From assembly GCA_024704765.1 (NCBI GenBank), contig JAKMXF010000233.1, forward strand, positions 248,001 through 312,000: DNA of 64,000 nucleotides. Reading direction: 5' to 3'. The DNA is from Oopsacas minuta. Its lineage: Eukaryota; Animalia; Porifera. The position numbers were made by a program, and so were the translations under genes. This document shows positions 25,601-36,435 of this stretch, piece by piece. Under the pieces are notes generated by a model. The model searched no databases. It saw only the letters and a program-made list of their open reading frames with translations, and was not told the DNA's origin. Positions within the stretch are counted from its first letter, which is position 1, and each line of letters begins with the position of its first letter.

Positions 25601-28600
25601 GCGTTGGATTAAGAACTCTATTCAATTAGATAAATATAGAAATAGAATTCTCCCTTTATCAATTTTATATCACAATATCAAATTATTCAAATCATATATC
25701 TGTAGCTATTTTAAGACTGATTAACTATCTAGCTTCATTGTCTACGATAGAGAAGACTTATAATAAATTTGCATTGAATTCAGTTCATCTAATTCATTGG
25801 TTCCCGATATGAGTGGCTCATTCAGTAAGATAATATGAAGGCTGTTTTTTGTTGAATAGATCTTAAATGTGGGATAGTCTACTGGTATATGGCTTGGAAC
25901 AACCCTTCTAGTTAATTACAAAAAGTTAGATAAATGCCCTGACAAGTTATTCATGATATAATTGAAAATCTCATTACTGCAACCTCGGGTGTATAATGAT
26001 GGATTTGCTTACTTAATCCTATTACACAATGCTGACACTTTTTTGCATTATTCTGCAGAACTAGTGCCTGTACAATACTTTATTGACTACTGTTATGATA
26101 AACCACAAGCTAAGATGCATTTGTTAATTTCGTCATTTTCTCGTCAGTTTTGAAGGCTAAGTGAACTGTTGTACAATATACCAAATGGGAGAGCTATATG
26201 CATTTTTTATGTAGCAGGTGGATGTTATTATACATTGAATGTAGCTGTTCACCAATTTTACAAATTTATGATGATTAGTGTGTCTAGTTTAATTCAGTTT
26301 GCAGTTGCCCCAAATCCTTATGGTGCCATAGTGAACCTACACAATCCTACGAGTCAAAGAACCAAACCAATTTTAGATTAGTTACTTTTTCAACTGACTC
26401 AGTTGACCAAAATTTTTCCTAAAACTGGGCTGTGTGCAGAAATATAATAATTCAAAATATATACGTAACACATATCAGTATTTTTGTTGGCTTTTCATGT
26501 TTGGCCAGGTTTATTCGATTACTCGTTATTCGTGCACTAATTTCAACAATTTATGCCTTACGTATGAATTCCTAACACATTGTTTAGACATATTTTATGT
26601 ACTTTTGCTATATACATCATTACAATATTGCATTCTGCAGAACATTCTAATGTTCTAGATGGTCAGGTGTTGGTAGAAGTATTTGATTTAGACTTTCGTA
26701 ACCAAATGATTTTGAATTCAAATTTACGATACTATTTTTGTACTGATTCTTTAGATCACGAATTCTCCTTGAATTAGATTAGTTGTGAATTCCTGTATTG
26801 ATTATATACTTGTATATGAACTTTTCACTCCACGTAATAATACTAACGATGAGGAGTTACATATTTACCTAATTTCCATCTTTTAGATCTTTAACAAGAA
26901 ATTTGTGTCCTAGATTGAACCCAAATTGCTTACGTGATGGAACGTTCGCTGTTCAGATATAGAATCTATAACTATGACGTCTAATAAGGTCTAATTAGAT
27001 ATCGATGAAACTTTTGTTCACTTTCAGCTTAACTAATTTTGTTATTAATATCAATTACAATGGATTAGAGCTAATGAATAACTTTCAAATTATTGCATTT
27101 TGTAGTTGTGAAGAATACCATGGATATTATCCTGGATAGAAAATCAAAGTTCTAATACTGATAAAATGGAAGCTATTTTCCGCCGGCCTGTCTCACCTTC
27201 CTCTAAAAAGATAACAGAAATTTTTTACTATATTTTCCCTACGGCAAACCAGCTATCCACATTTTGTTTTTAGGAATTTCTAATGGATTTTCATGCATTC
27301 TATACACAATTTTCCATTTTGTGCTATTTCTATATAAATGAACTTACAATTCAGCTGAATCATTGAGCTGGTATTTGTTTGAGTTTTTGAATGCGTCCTG
27401 TACTCCAGCATCTGACCACAAATTATTCATTGCTACTGCCAGATTTGGATCAATCATTCTACTCACTCCTGTGTCCATTAAAGCATAGAAAGTCTCTTCA
27501 TCTTTCTAAAACAACAAATACAAGAGGGACTGTGATGTTTATTATAAAAAGATGATTTCTACAGTATTTGTGGAATTTGATGTATGAATGTTGTTGATTG
27601 ATTTCCACAATTACTTTTTATCCCGTATTCAATAATAAAAATTAGGATTTTCCCCATAATTGACATAACTAAATATGTTACTGAGAAGCAACCTAGATGG
27701 TTAGTTACAATAACTGCGTTCAAATATGCAAAGAATGGCCGATTCAACTAACTTAATCTTCTAGTATAGAACAACAATATAAGTTGAGACATAAAATATT
27801 TCTTGAATTAAAACTTACATCTCTATCTACGTCACCATATGGTATTTGTAACATTTCTCTTCCTCTAAGGATAGCTCTTAGAGATGTTACACAATTTGAA
27901 AATACAATATCTCTGTGATTCTCTCTCTCCTCTTCTCCATAACCATTGTCATGTATTATCCTAATTAGAAACAATATTAATGAAAAGTAATTCTTGTCAA
28001 AATTAATTACATAGTACCAACCAATTTCATAACTTTCCTGAATATCACTTAAATATCCAGAAAAATTACAAAAAACAAATCCCAGAATTTTCCGAGATTT
28101 TTAAAATCCCGTAAGGGTTGGAAAGTATGGAATTATAGAAAGCTTAATATAATTCTGAGGTTGTTTGGACGCTATAATTAGGAATCTTTTGTATTTATAA
28201 TAAGCTATATAGAATTGAGATTAACTTTCATTTCAATACTCCATGGTTTAATTAATGTATAATACTTACTTCATTTGCTTGAGAATTGTGCTCTTCCCAG
28301 ATTCGCCAGGGCCTAAAATGATATGTGTTAATCAATTGTTGATTGTATTTACTGTAAGTTCGACTATAAAATATGTTTAAAACTTCAAAATCGCTTAAAA
28401 TCTTCTCCAGTGTAACCCAAAGTACAGCAAAACTCGGATAAGACGTGTCCAATCGGGAAACAAAAATTAGTAAGTATTATCTGAATAGAAATAGTATTGA
28501 TGAATGAAAACTAATTTTTCTGTAACAAGAACTTAAGAAGTATGTCTTATCCAAGTTTTACTGTATTTTAAATACATTTTAATGCTAGAGTGAAGTCAGA

Positions 28601-30450
28601 ACAAAAACCTGCAAATGACATGTCAATGGATGGAAAATCAAAGGAGCAGGCTAATCAAGTCATATCCCTGATCATTGATAGGATCACAGTTCAACAAATA
28701 AATAACAGCTTCCGCCACCAAATCACTGCAATATGAATCGTACCATATGCAAGTACTACTATACATTTCTAGATATTCAAATAGCCTCACATCAATTTGT
28801 CAGAAATCACACAAATCTACTTTTTAGAATGACATACTTGTCAGCGTCACAATGATTTTTGTTATCCTAACAAGCATAATAGAAATAATGTAACACATGT
28901 GTAGTGTTATGTAACTCATGTCATATATATTCTCCAGCTGAATTTGGTTGATATAGAATTGCGTTAGATGTCAGTTCGCATTCAATCAGATAACAAGTAA
29001 AGGTTTTCTTCCATTCAATTATATGTTTGTAAGGTATTCTATGCTTTGAAATTAATGATTCTCTCGTTAATTAGCGATATTAATCGAATAAGCTATACTA
29101 ATAGTAATTAATGACGCTTTGTGATCTTACTTAAACTGCTATGATACTGATTTGTCTGAAGTTCAATCAAAATACCTCTATATCCCAAAAAGGACGCATT
29201 TCCTTCCCAAAATTTCCTTCAGTTGGTTCCATTAGCTGGGCAGTAGGCATTGGTCCGGTTTCAAATTGACTACATTCATAGTTGTCAACATTTGTAAAAA
29301 TCTAGTTTGTTCAAGTTCATTCGAATTTAGCTAGTTTTTGGAATTAAATGGAAGGCTAATAGGATATCTACCCGCTATAACGGCGGAATCTGTCCATGTC
29401 GCTATGAATCGCTTTAATAGGTTCAATTTCCCCAGGAATATTCAAAGTAAGAAGGTAAAAATGAAAGTAAGATTGTGTTCAAATATTGAGTCTGACTTTG
29501 GATCCGTGGGACTTGACACCTATACCACAATTGTAGGGCTGCTACCGTCCTGATTAGTATCTGGGAAACCAGTCCGGAAGCTCCAAAGCTGATATAATTC
29601 ACAAGTTAATGCCAAAATAGGTCAACAACTTAACATTGTTGAAATGCGAGATAATCATGTATAGAGAATCCGCCTTGAATAATTACAACCAATTCCCGCT
29701 AAGATGTAAAATACTGGCTAAGGAATCTATGGAATTTTGACAGGTATACAAATCTTTGACACTTACGTAAATATGCGATAATTTAAATATACAAGAAGCT
29801 TTGACTGTGCTATTGATCTATATAGAGGTTTCAAATGCTTGCTATGGCACAGAACATTTGTAAGTTGCTCACTTCAATAAGAATAGTGTTTGTATTTGAT
29901 GCATAATTCAGATTAAAGTTAGATATAAATAAGAGGGTCTTGTTATGGCAAAATAGGAATAGAATTTATTGAGCCAGTATCAGAGATAAAGGTAATATTA
30001 GAATTATAGTGAGGCTGATGAAACCAGTCGCGGTCGGTTTCAAAAACATTCACACTTAATAATACCTCCAAAGCAAATTGTAGCTTCTCATCGGTATGGT
30101 ATACAGTGGTGTTCGCCTATTAAGAATAATCCCCTAATAGCAAGCTTTCAGGGACTTAGAGTCCATTTTGTATTAGAAATGAATCCTCAAATATCAAATT
30201 CGAGTATTAGCAAGGGAAATTCGTGCAATACAACTTATTGAATTAGAAAAGGCTAGTATCAGAATTCCAATTTCCAATAAACAAGATCTCCAGCCGAAAT
30301 GAGAATACGTATAAACTTTTCAAACTCACCAAGCAAGAGTATCTTGCATTCCCTTACAAAAAGCTTCTTATCCTTCTTCAAGATAGTATCTATACCTTTA
30401 CTTCTCTGCTTTGCTACTTTATCTTCCACTGAACTCGGTTTACAACCCAT
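19615..30450 (-). CDS. Heterotrimeric G-protein alpha subunit, divergent Gi/o-like, 8 exons, 357 aa
   Basis: Exons 30330-30450, 28270-28312, 27819-27960, 27348-27505, 25008-25136, 22172-22301, 20358-20511 and 19615-19811; all GT-AG and phase-consistent. Sizes 43/142/129/130/154 match the classical Gi exon pattern. Motifs [33 protein letters not shown]. Confidence 0.93.
19962..20209. mobile_element. Tc1-like non-autonomous element in G-alpha intron 7
   Basis: TA|CACTGCCTGGTCAAAGGTATTGGAACAC ... GTGTTCCAATACTTTTGGCCAGGCAGTG|TA: 28-bp TIR with 2 mismatches, TA flanks. Confidence 0.88.
28425..28563. mobile_element. TA-flanked MITE in G-alpha intron 1
   Basis: TA|CAGCAAAACTCGGATAAGAC ... GTCTTATCCAAGTTTTACTG|TA, 20-bp TIR with 2 mismatches. 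Confidence 0.82.
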
Positions 30451-31480
30451 TCTATCTTCTCAAAAATCTGAAAAACTCCCTGCTATACTTGTATGACTAC
30501 TTTTCTATTTATATATTTATCCCAAACGATATCTTGTTTGTTGACGTTTGCCAATTTGGTATATAATATGAGGTAAAAGTCAATTACTAAATTTACAAAT
30601 TAATATACTGGAATTTATACAACAATCATATACGACAACCTCCTCAATTTATGCCTAATATAAGGAGCTATGTGCAATTGATATTATTTCTCCCAATGAA
30701 GCCAATATGTAACCTAAAAGATATTATGTCTATTTAGTATATCTTACTATATATGAGGAATTAGATATGATATCGAGACAGTGAACATTTCAATAGTTTA
30801 CTGTGCATCTAAGTAATTACGTCAACAACGTACAATATAGTAATAGGATTAATATTCGGATTGAATAACTGTGAATTGAGGAAAATTAAAATATCAACCT
30901 TGTCATCAGAAAAACTATAAATGTAGAATTAATATCCTAAAGAGCATAGACAATGGTATTAATACAATAGTTATTGTGTTAAATAGTGGTTAACCTATCT
31001 AGAAATGGACTGACACATTTCTACGTATTAGCATTGTATGGCAAAAGTGCTGCGGAAACTGATTATAATCAACTATAGTGAACTCTCGCCATAATGAAGT
31101 ACTTAGGACTTGATCCTATCTTTATAAGCGGTATTTCGTTGGAAGCAGAGAAATCATTCACTTCCAAACTACGTATATGAAGGTAATGAATCAGTTCGTT
31201 ATAACGGAGTTTCGCAGTTTAGTCGTATCCTACTTGGTTATAACGGGGAGTTTACAGTATGGAGCCTTATCCAAGCTTTATATATTAAATACATATGCAT
31301 ATCTAATGCATAAATACACATCTCTACTAGGCACCCAATTTTAAACAATAAATTACGTAATTTTAATATACATGATAAATAATGTATTATCAGATAGATA
31401 TAACCGTGAGGCAACACATTTACAAGGAACACTAGAACATCAAATTATATATAGAAACACAAATTAACACTTGTCTTAAA

Positions 31481-34400
31481 TTATGGTCCAAATGGGTTTT
31501 TCTCATTGTCGATTGTTTGGTATCCTCCTTTCGTAACAATAGGCTCTTCTTCTTCTTCCATTTTCCCCACCTGTTTACTTGCTGACTTACAACTTATCAC
31601 ATTGAATATTAACATGAATCCGCCTCCAAACAGTTTAATCAACTCTATCCAGAATGATTTGTTTGGAATAATTTCGCTGCCTCTTTTACCCAGAAGGAGA
31701 TTAATAATAATTCCAGCAATCCAGTAGATTGCAAAGATAACGAAGAGGAATATTACGAAAACAAATAAAATCGGCGCATCAAAAATAATGATAGGTTCGG
31801 AATTAAAGCAAGCACCATTGTAATTAAAGTGGAACACTGCGGTACATTTATCAGCATCATAATCAACCTTATAGGGGGAAAGAGCATCATGCGAAGCATT
31901 ATCTTTCGGCCATTTGGAGTTTAATCCACATCTAAAATTAAGAGTTGTAGTCAGCTTAGCTCCGCCAGTACAGCCCAAGAAAATTCCATCTCCTCCTTTA
32001 TATTCCGCGGTAAACCCTTGTTCATCAGGCCTCTCTACTAAATCGTCATATGAATTGTTATAAATCCCAAGATTGTAATATGTGCCTTGGCTAAGAATAC
32101 ACACCCCAGAATTTGCACCACAGTTGCTAGTAAGAGATGTAGGAAGATCCTCGCAAATTCTGAAATATATGCTACAGCTATCGCTTGCTTTGCAAGCAGT
32201 TCTATCACCGTTAAATTCCCAATACTCGTGTTCTGCAAGCATTTTGTAGTCATATTTAGCTACAAAATTAGTAAAAAAGATAATTATGCTATGTTCTTAA
32301 TAGAAGTTATAAATAACATCAGATTATCGGAATAGGAACACACAGTACTGAACAATTAGCTATACACTTACAAGCTTGCGTTCTCACTGTATACACCATA
32401 TAGCATTACAAAACCGGAGTTTTAGCCAAATTTTCGCGAGTCAAGACCACACTTGCCAACACTTTACACTCGAAAATATCCAACAAAATATCAAAACAAT
32501 TTTCCTGGATTTTCAAAGGTTTTCCCTCGATATGAAGTGAAACCCCGGTTGAGTTGGCAAGTATGGTCTATATATATATATGACTGTAACTTCTTATTAA
32601 CGAGAGTATTCTGTAATAAAAATATATACAATACTTACATATGTGGCATAGAGTTGGTCCGATAGTTGGCGCAGAAAAGCAAGCTCCATTATACTTGAAT
32701 GTCATTGAATATTTACAGATTTTTTCAGAAAAATCATAGATAAATGAATAAGTATCAGCTCCATTTGGTACATCTCCTCCAATAACTGTTGATGGCCAAG
32801 TTACTTGTTTGTCACATAAGAATGTTAAGTTCATTGATACGTTCTGACAAAGTGTAGTAACAGCTTGAATGACTGTATAGAGCACTTGGAATCCACTCTT
32901 AAACAATATAATTAGGTTAAAACAGGGATAATACGGAAAATACAGTGCTTTTTGTTATCAAAATTATTAGGAACAAATATTTACAGTGTAACCTCCACAA
33001 ATTGGGCAGGTGGAAACGGAAACTTCTGGAAACGAGTGAAATCTGGAGAGCGAATCTTAGGCCCATACAAATAAATTTCCATAAACGGGTAATTTGGGTG
33101 ATACGCGGAACCATTGTGGAGGTTATACTGTTTGTATATCATTTAGATTTTTCAAGTAGTCACAGATCAAATAATTTTGAATGCATTTGTTAACTATCTG
33201 AATAATCGGTATGGGTTATGGAATTGGCTATAATATAGGAGATTAGTAGAGACATGTCGTTATACTATCTTAACCCTAGGTACACCCTTGGGTTGTATTT
33301 GTCCTTGTGTTTCCATCTTTCTGTACCCCTCTATAACTCCAAGGAGTGACTCTATACTCTCCTCAAAGCACCCCATCTCCATACCATCTACCCCTAAGTA
33401 ATGGTGAAGGTGTGCTCGCCGTTTATATAACTTTATGAATTTTTCTCTAATCTTATCAAAATACACTAGAATAGATGTATTGTTTGCAAGAGTTAATAGC
33501 GAATATGGCTTGTCCACTGGTGGAGTATTACAATGCCCAATTTTCCAACCTTTTTCATTCCAATACGGGAAAGATATGCAAGCATTTAGTTTGTCAATAT
33601 TCCTTCTGATATCTGAAAGTGATACACGGCCTCTTACTAGCAAGGCACAAGCCAAGTACAAATGCTGTCTTGGCTGCACTTTCAAAAGTTGAAATTCTTT
33701 AGAAAATGTCTCTGCAAACATTTGATCAATCTTCCTAATGGCCATACCGACGTCTTTCGGCATATATAGAGGAGCCATTGAAGATAGCAAATACTGCATA
33801 CGAGGAAATGGGACCATATTCATAGCGATTTCATTCAAATCTACATTAAGAGTGCCTTCAAATCGAGCAGAGCTAGTCAAGTTCAGTAACAAACCAGCTA
33901 CTATATCATTCATTCTATCAAATGGCTTTTCCTTTTTCAACGGATCTTTCTTCGCACTTGCACCTGTTAGCTTTGTAATATCAATCAATGCTTCGTTGTC
34001 AAATGGCAATACACAATCAGATATATCCGACAATAGCCTCATTGCTAATACACTATTGTACGGTGATGTTATTACGTCATCATCTACACTAGGAAATACA
34101 GGCACTGAGAATTTGTATACATGTTTATATTCATCATGCAGTAAGCTGAGTATACGAGAACCTAGACCTGATCCAGTTCCTCCGCCCATGGAATGAAAAA
34201 CGAAAAAAGATTGCAAACAGTCGCATTTCTCCGTTTCATGTCTCACGATATCGAAAATCTTTTCTTTATATTTGTCACCGTACATATAGTGTCCGACTGC
34301 CCAGTTATTTCCTGAACCAGATACATCGGTCATCAATTGCCTAGAGTCGAATAAGTCCCCCAAAGGACTTGAAATCAGATTATTCACCACTCCTTCTTCC

Positions 34401-35335
34401 ATGTCGACAAGAACTGCGCGGGCTTTGAGAGTATGAATTTTCTCACGTCCATTACCGAGTGGAATTTCGCGATATTGTCGCTTAATTGTATCCACGTTAC
34501 GAAAAAATGTACTCAATGGCCCATCGTATAGTGAATGTTTGTTATATTGTGAATGCTCTCTCAATGCTAAATCCCAGAATCTTGAACCGATCTGGTTACC
34601 GCACTGTCCGACTTGAATTACTATTGATTGTGTCATTTAATTAGGTTTGGAAATATCTACAGATTTTGATTTTGATGCTAATTTTAGTGCATTTATTCTT
34701 CATGGTTATTAATTACGTATTTTAGTTTTGCATTTGAAAACCTTGGAAAGTGCTTGTACTATAAATATTTATTTCATTAATTGACATTATTCGTATAATC
34801 TTGAACACTTCAAGAATGTAACAGTATTTCTGAGCAGAAATAGCATCAGAATTTCAAATTCACCTTTAAAATAATCCAACACAATTTCACGTCTCAACGA
34901 ATATCTGATTATGTCGGTTCTACTGTATCAAATAAATGAATGAAATTATTAAATTCATAAACTTACTTGTCCTGGTTGTGTAAGCTCACTGCCACTCTCA
35001 TTAATTGGCTTATAGTTAGCAACATTGGCGCTATATTGTTGATCATTAAATGTTCCTTTCTGGCATACAGACCAATTTCCATTTGTATTACACTCCGGCA
35101 ATTCACGTAGTCCGTGACAAATTGAAAAATAAATGTCACAATCTGCACTTTGGAATGATACATCATCTGATGCAAATACACAACCGGAAACGCCCTTTAA
35201 TGGAAGTTTCCACCAAGCTGGCTTACTCAAATCTGCCAGAGCGAATCCAGATAACTCACATTTTTCCTGTGTTTTGCCCCCCTTCAAAAGTAAACATAAA
35301 CAAGAAAGGAAAATTGTATATTTCACAATAGACAT
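31481..35335 (-). CDS. Mannose-6-phosphate-receptor-homology (MRH) type I membrane sorting receptor with two MRH domains, 3 exons, 468 aa
   Basis: Exons 34967-35335, 32639-32897 and 31481-32259 (phase 0 then phase 1, GTAAGT donors). Signal peptide; two Cys-patterned repeats each ending YNGACF. The exon 1/2 junction ELTQPGQ|SGFQVLY aligns with DLVERPDEQGFTAEY in repeat 2. TM followed by CD-MPR/ATG27-like GKRGSEIIPNKSFW; tail YQTI and NPF. Confidence 0.85.
32444..32569. mobile_element. MITE in MRH-receptor intron 2
   Basis: AGACCACACTTGCCAAC ... GTTGGCAAGTATGGTCT inverted termini. Confidence 0.72.
32984..33130. mobile_element. MITE (CAGTGTAACCTCCACAA TIR) between the TUBE1 stop and the host acceptor
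   Basis: TA|CAGTGTAACCTCCACAA ... TTGTGGAGGTTATACTG. The core GCGAAT..AG.CCCATACAAATA recurs near 44440-44540 (inverted) and 61875-62040. Confidence 0.75.
33260..34636 (-). CDS. TUBE1: Tubulin epsilon chain, 458 aa, intronless, nested in intron 1 of the MRH receptor gene
   Basis: MTQSIVIQVGQCGNQIGSRFWDLALREH, KARAVLVDMEEGVV and GGGTGSG signature; epsilon-type N-terminus. Confidence 0.96.
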   Translation of the reverse strand: MTQSIVIQVGQCGNQIGSRFWDLALREHSQYNKHSLYDGPLSTFFRNVDTIKRQYREIPLGNGREKIHTLKARAVLVDMEEGVVNNLISSPLGDLFDSRQLMTDVSGSGNNWAVGHYMYGDKYKEKIFDIVRHETEKCDCLQSFFVFHSMGGGTGSGLGSRILSLLHDEYKHVYKFSVPVFPSVDDDVITSPYNSVLAMRLLSDISDCVLPFDNEALIDITKLTGASAKKDPLKKEKPFDRMNDIVAGLLLNLTSSARFEGTLNVDLNEIAMNMVPFPRMQYLLSSMAPLYMPKDVGMAIRKIDQMFAETFSKEFQLLKVQPRQHLYLACALLVRGRVSLSDIRRNIDKLNACISFPYWNEKGWKIGHCNTPPVDKPYSLLTLANNTSILVYFDKIREKFIKLYKRRAHLHHYLGVDGMEMGCFEESIESLLGVIEGYRKMETQGQIQPKGVPRVKIV

Positions 35336-35594
35336 GTTCAATGCAGTAATTTCTAAACTAAAATTGATACTGTGCATATATAAGGCCCTTTCAAAGTATA
35401 TATTTCAATACATCATACTGTAAGTAAAATTAGAATTGAATTAACAACACGAGTATATTTTCAAACCAGATCTTATTTCCACTCTAAAAAGATACAGGTA
35501 ACTTTTGAAATTCTATAGGTTTGCAAATAACCTTGAAAGCAGGACAATTGTGTAAGAATTTATATACAACTACATATATGTGTACATTTGTAAT

Positions 35595-35775
35595 GCATTT
35601 TTTTGTTTCAAAAAACACAAATTTGCTGCATACATTTTTCGTACAAATAATGCAGTCGTGAGTCTCACACTTTTTCGCGGCTCTAAATGTAACATCACAA
35701 GCCTATTTGATTCACTGTACATCTTGATGCATACATGCCAAATCTCACGCCTTTCTAGAAGAAATCTCACGGCTT
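35595..35775 (-). pseudogene. Possible relic of a piggyBac-type transposase C-terminal cysteine-rich domain
   Basis: Two frames joined by one shift read ...ERREIWHVCIKMYSESNRL / CDVTFRAAKKCETHDCIICTKNVCSKFVFFETKKC, resembling the PGBD RRxCxxC...KKxxTxCxxC...C pattern. Recognised by eye only. Confidence 0.4.
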
Positions 35776-36087
35776 CGTGAGACGCCAGGTTGGCATCAAT
35801 ATAGGATTCTCAATAATTATATTGGTGATTACTTGAAAGGCAACGCACTGTGCATAGTTACAAATAGCCCCATGAGTAAATCATTTAAGCCATATAATTG
35901 CAATAAAGTTTCTGCGTGTAACATGGCAGGTACTGTTAATATTTTAGAAATATAAATGCCTTAAGTACACAATTATCATTTCCTGGGCAGATAGTTTAAT
36001 ACCTTATCTACTGAGTCAACACAGTTAAAAACAGCATCATATATTAATTTAGATATTGTTTATTAAGGTTTTGACAAATTTATGACG

Positions 36088-36435
36088 TCATATTTCTTCA
36101 ATGCCATCACTCTCAGTGATTAGTGCCCTCTCAAGAATGACACGCCCTTCTTTGTATTTCTGAGCGTCTTCTAGTGCGAATTCATAAATCCAACCTAGAC
36201 GCTCACCACATAGTTTACACATGACGTCACGCACTATGTGACGTCCAGTTAACATCATTCTATCCTGCATTTCACTATAGGTTAGGTTAACAACACGATT
36301 GAATAGGTATGCCCGGCCTGTCGCACCAGTAAATCTCGGAGATATGAGTTCATCCTTGTTGGTGAGCGGAGTGCTGCAATTTCCGCAGGAAAAGATACGT
36401 TTTCCACCTGGGTGATCCAAAAATATGCGTCCCAT
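36088..36435 (-). CDS. YPEL5: Protein yippee-like 5, 115 aa
   Basis: [14 protein letters not shown]...[12 protein letters not shown]...[17 protein letters not shown]...LGWIYEFA...[13 protein letters not shown]. Confidence 0.95.
   Translation of the reverse strand: MGRIFLDHPGGKRIFSCGNCSTPLTNKDELISPRFTGATGRAYLFNRVVNLTYSEMQDRMMLTGRHIVRDVMCKLCGERLGWIYEFALEDAQKYKEGRVILERALITESDGIEEI

Noticed and set aside
34955-35377. Stand-alone 140-aa secreted protein as given in the ORF track
   Set aside because: It has a perfect GTAAGT donor at 34966 and continues seamlessly in exon 2 at 32897; the QVSL* end is intron read-through (though it could arise by intronic polyadenylation).
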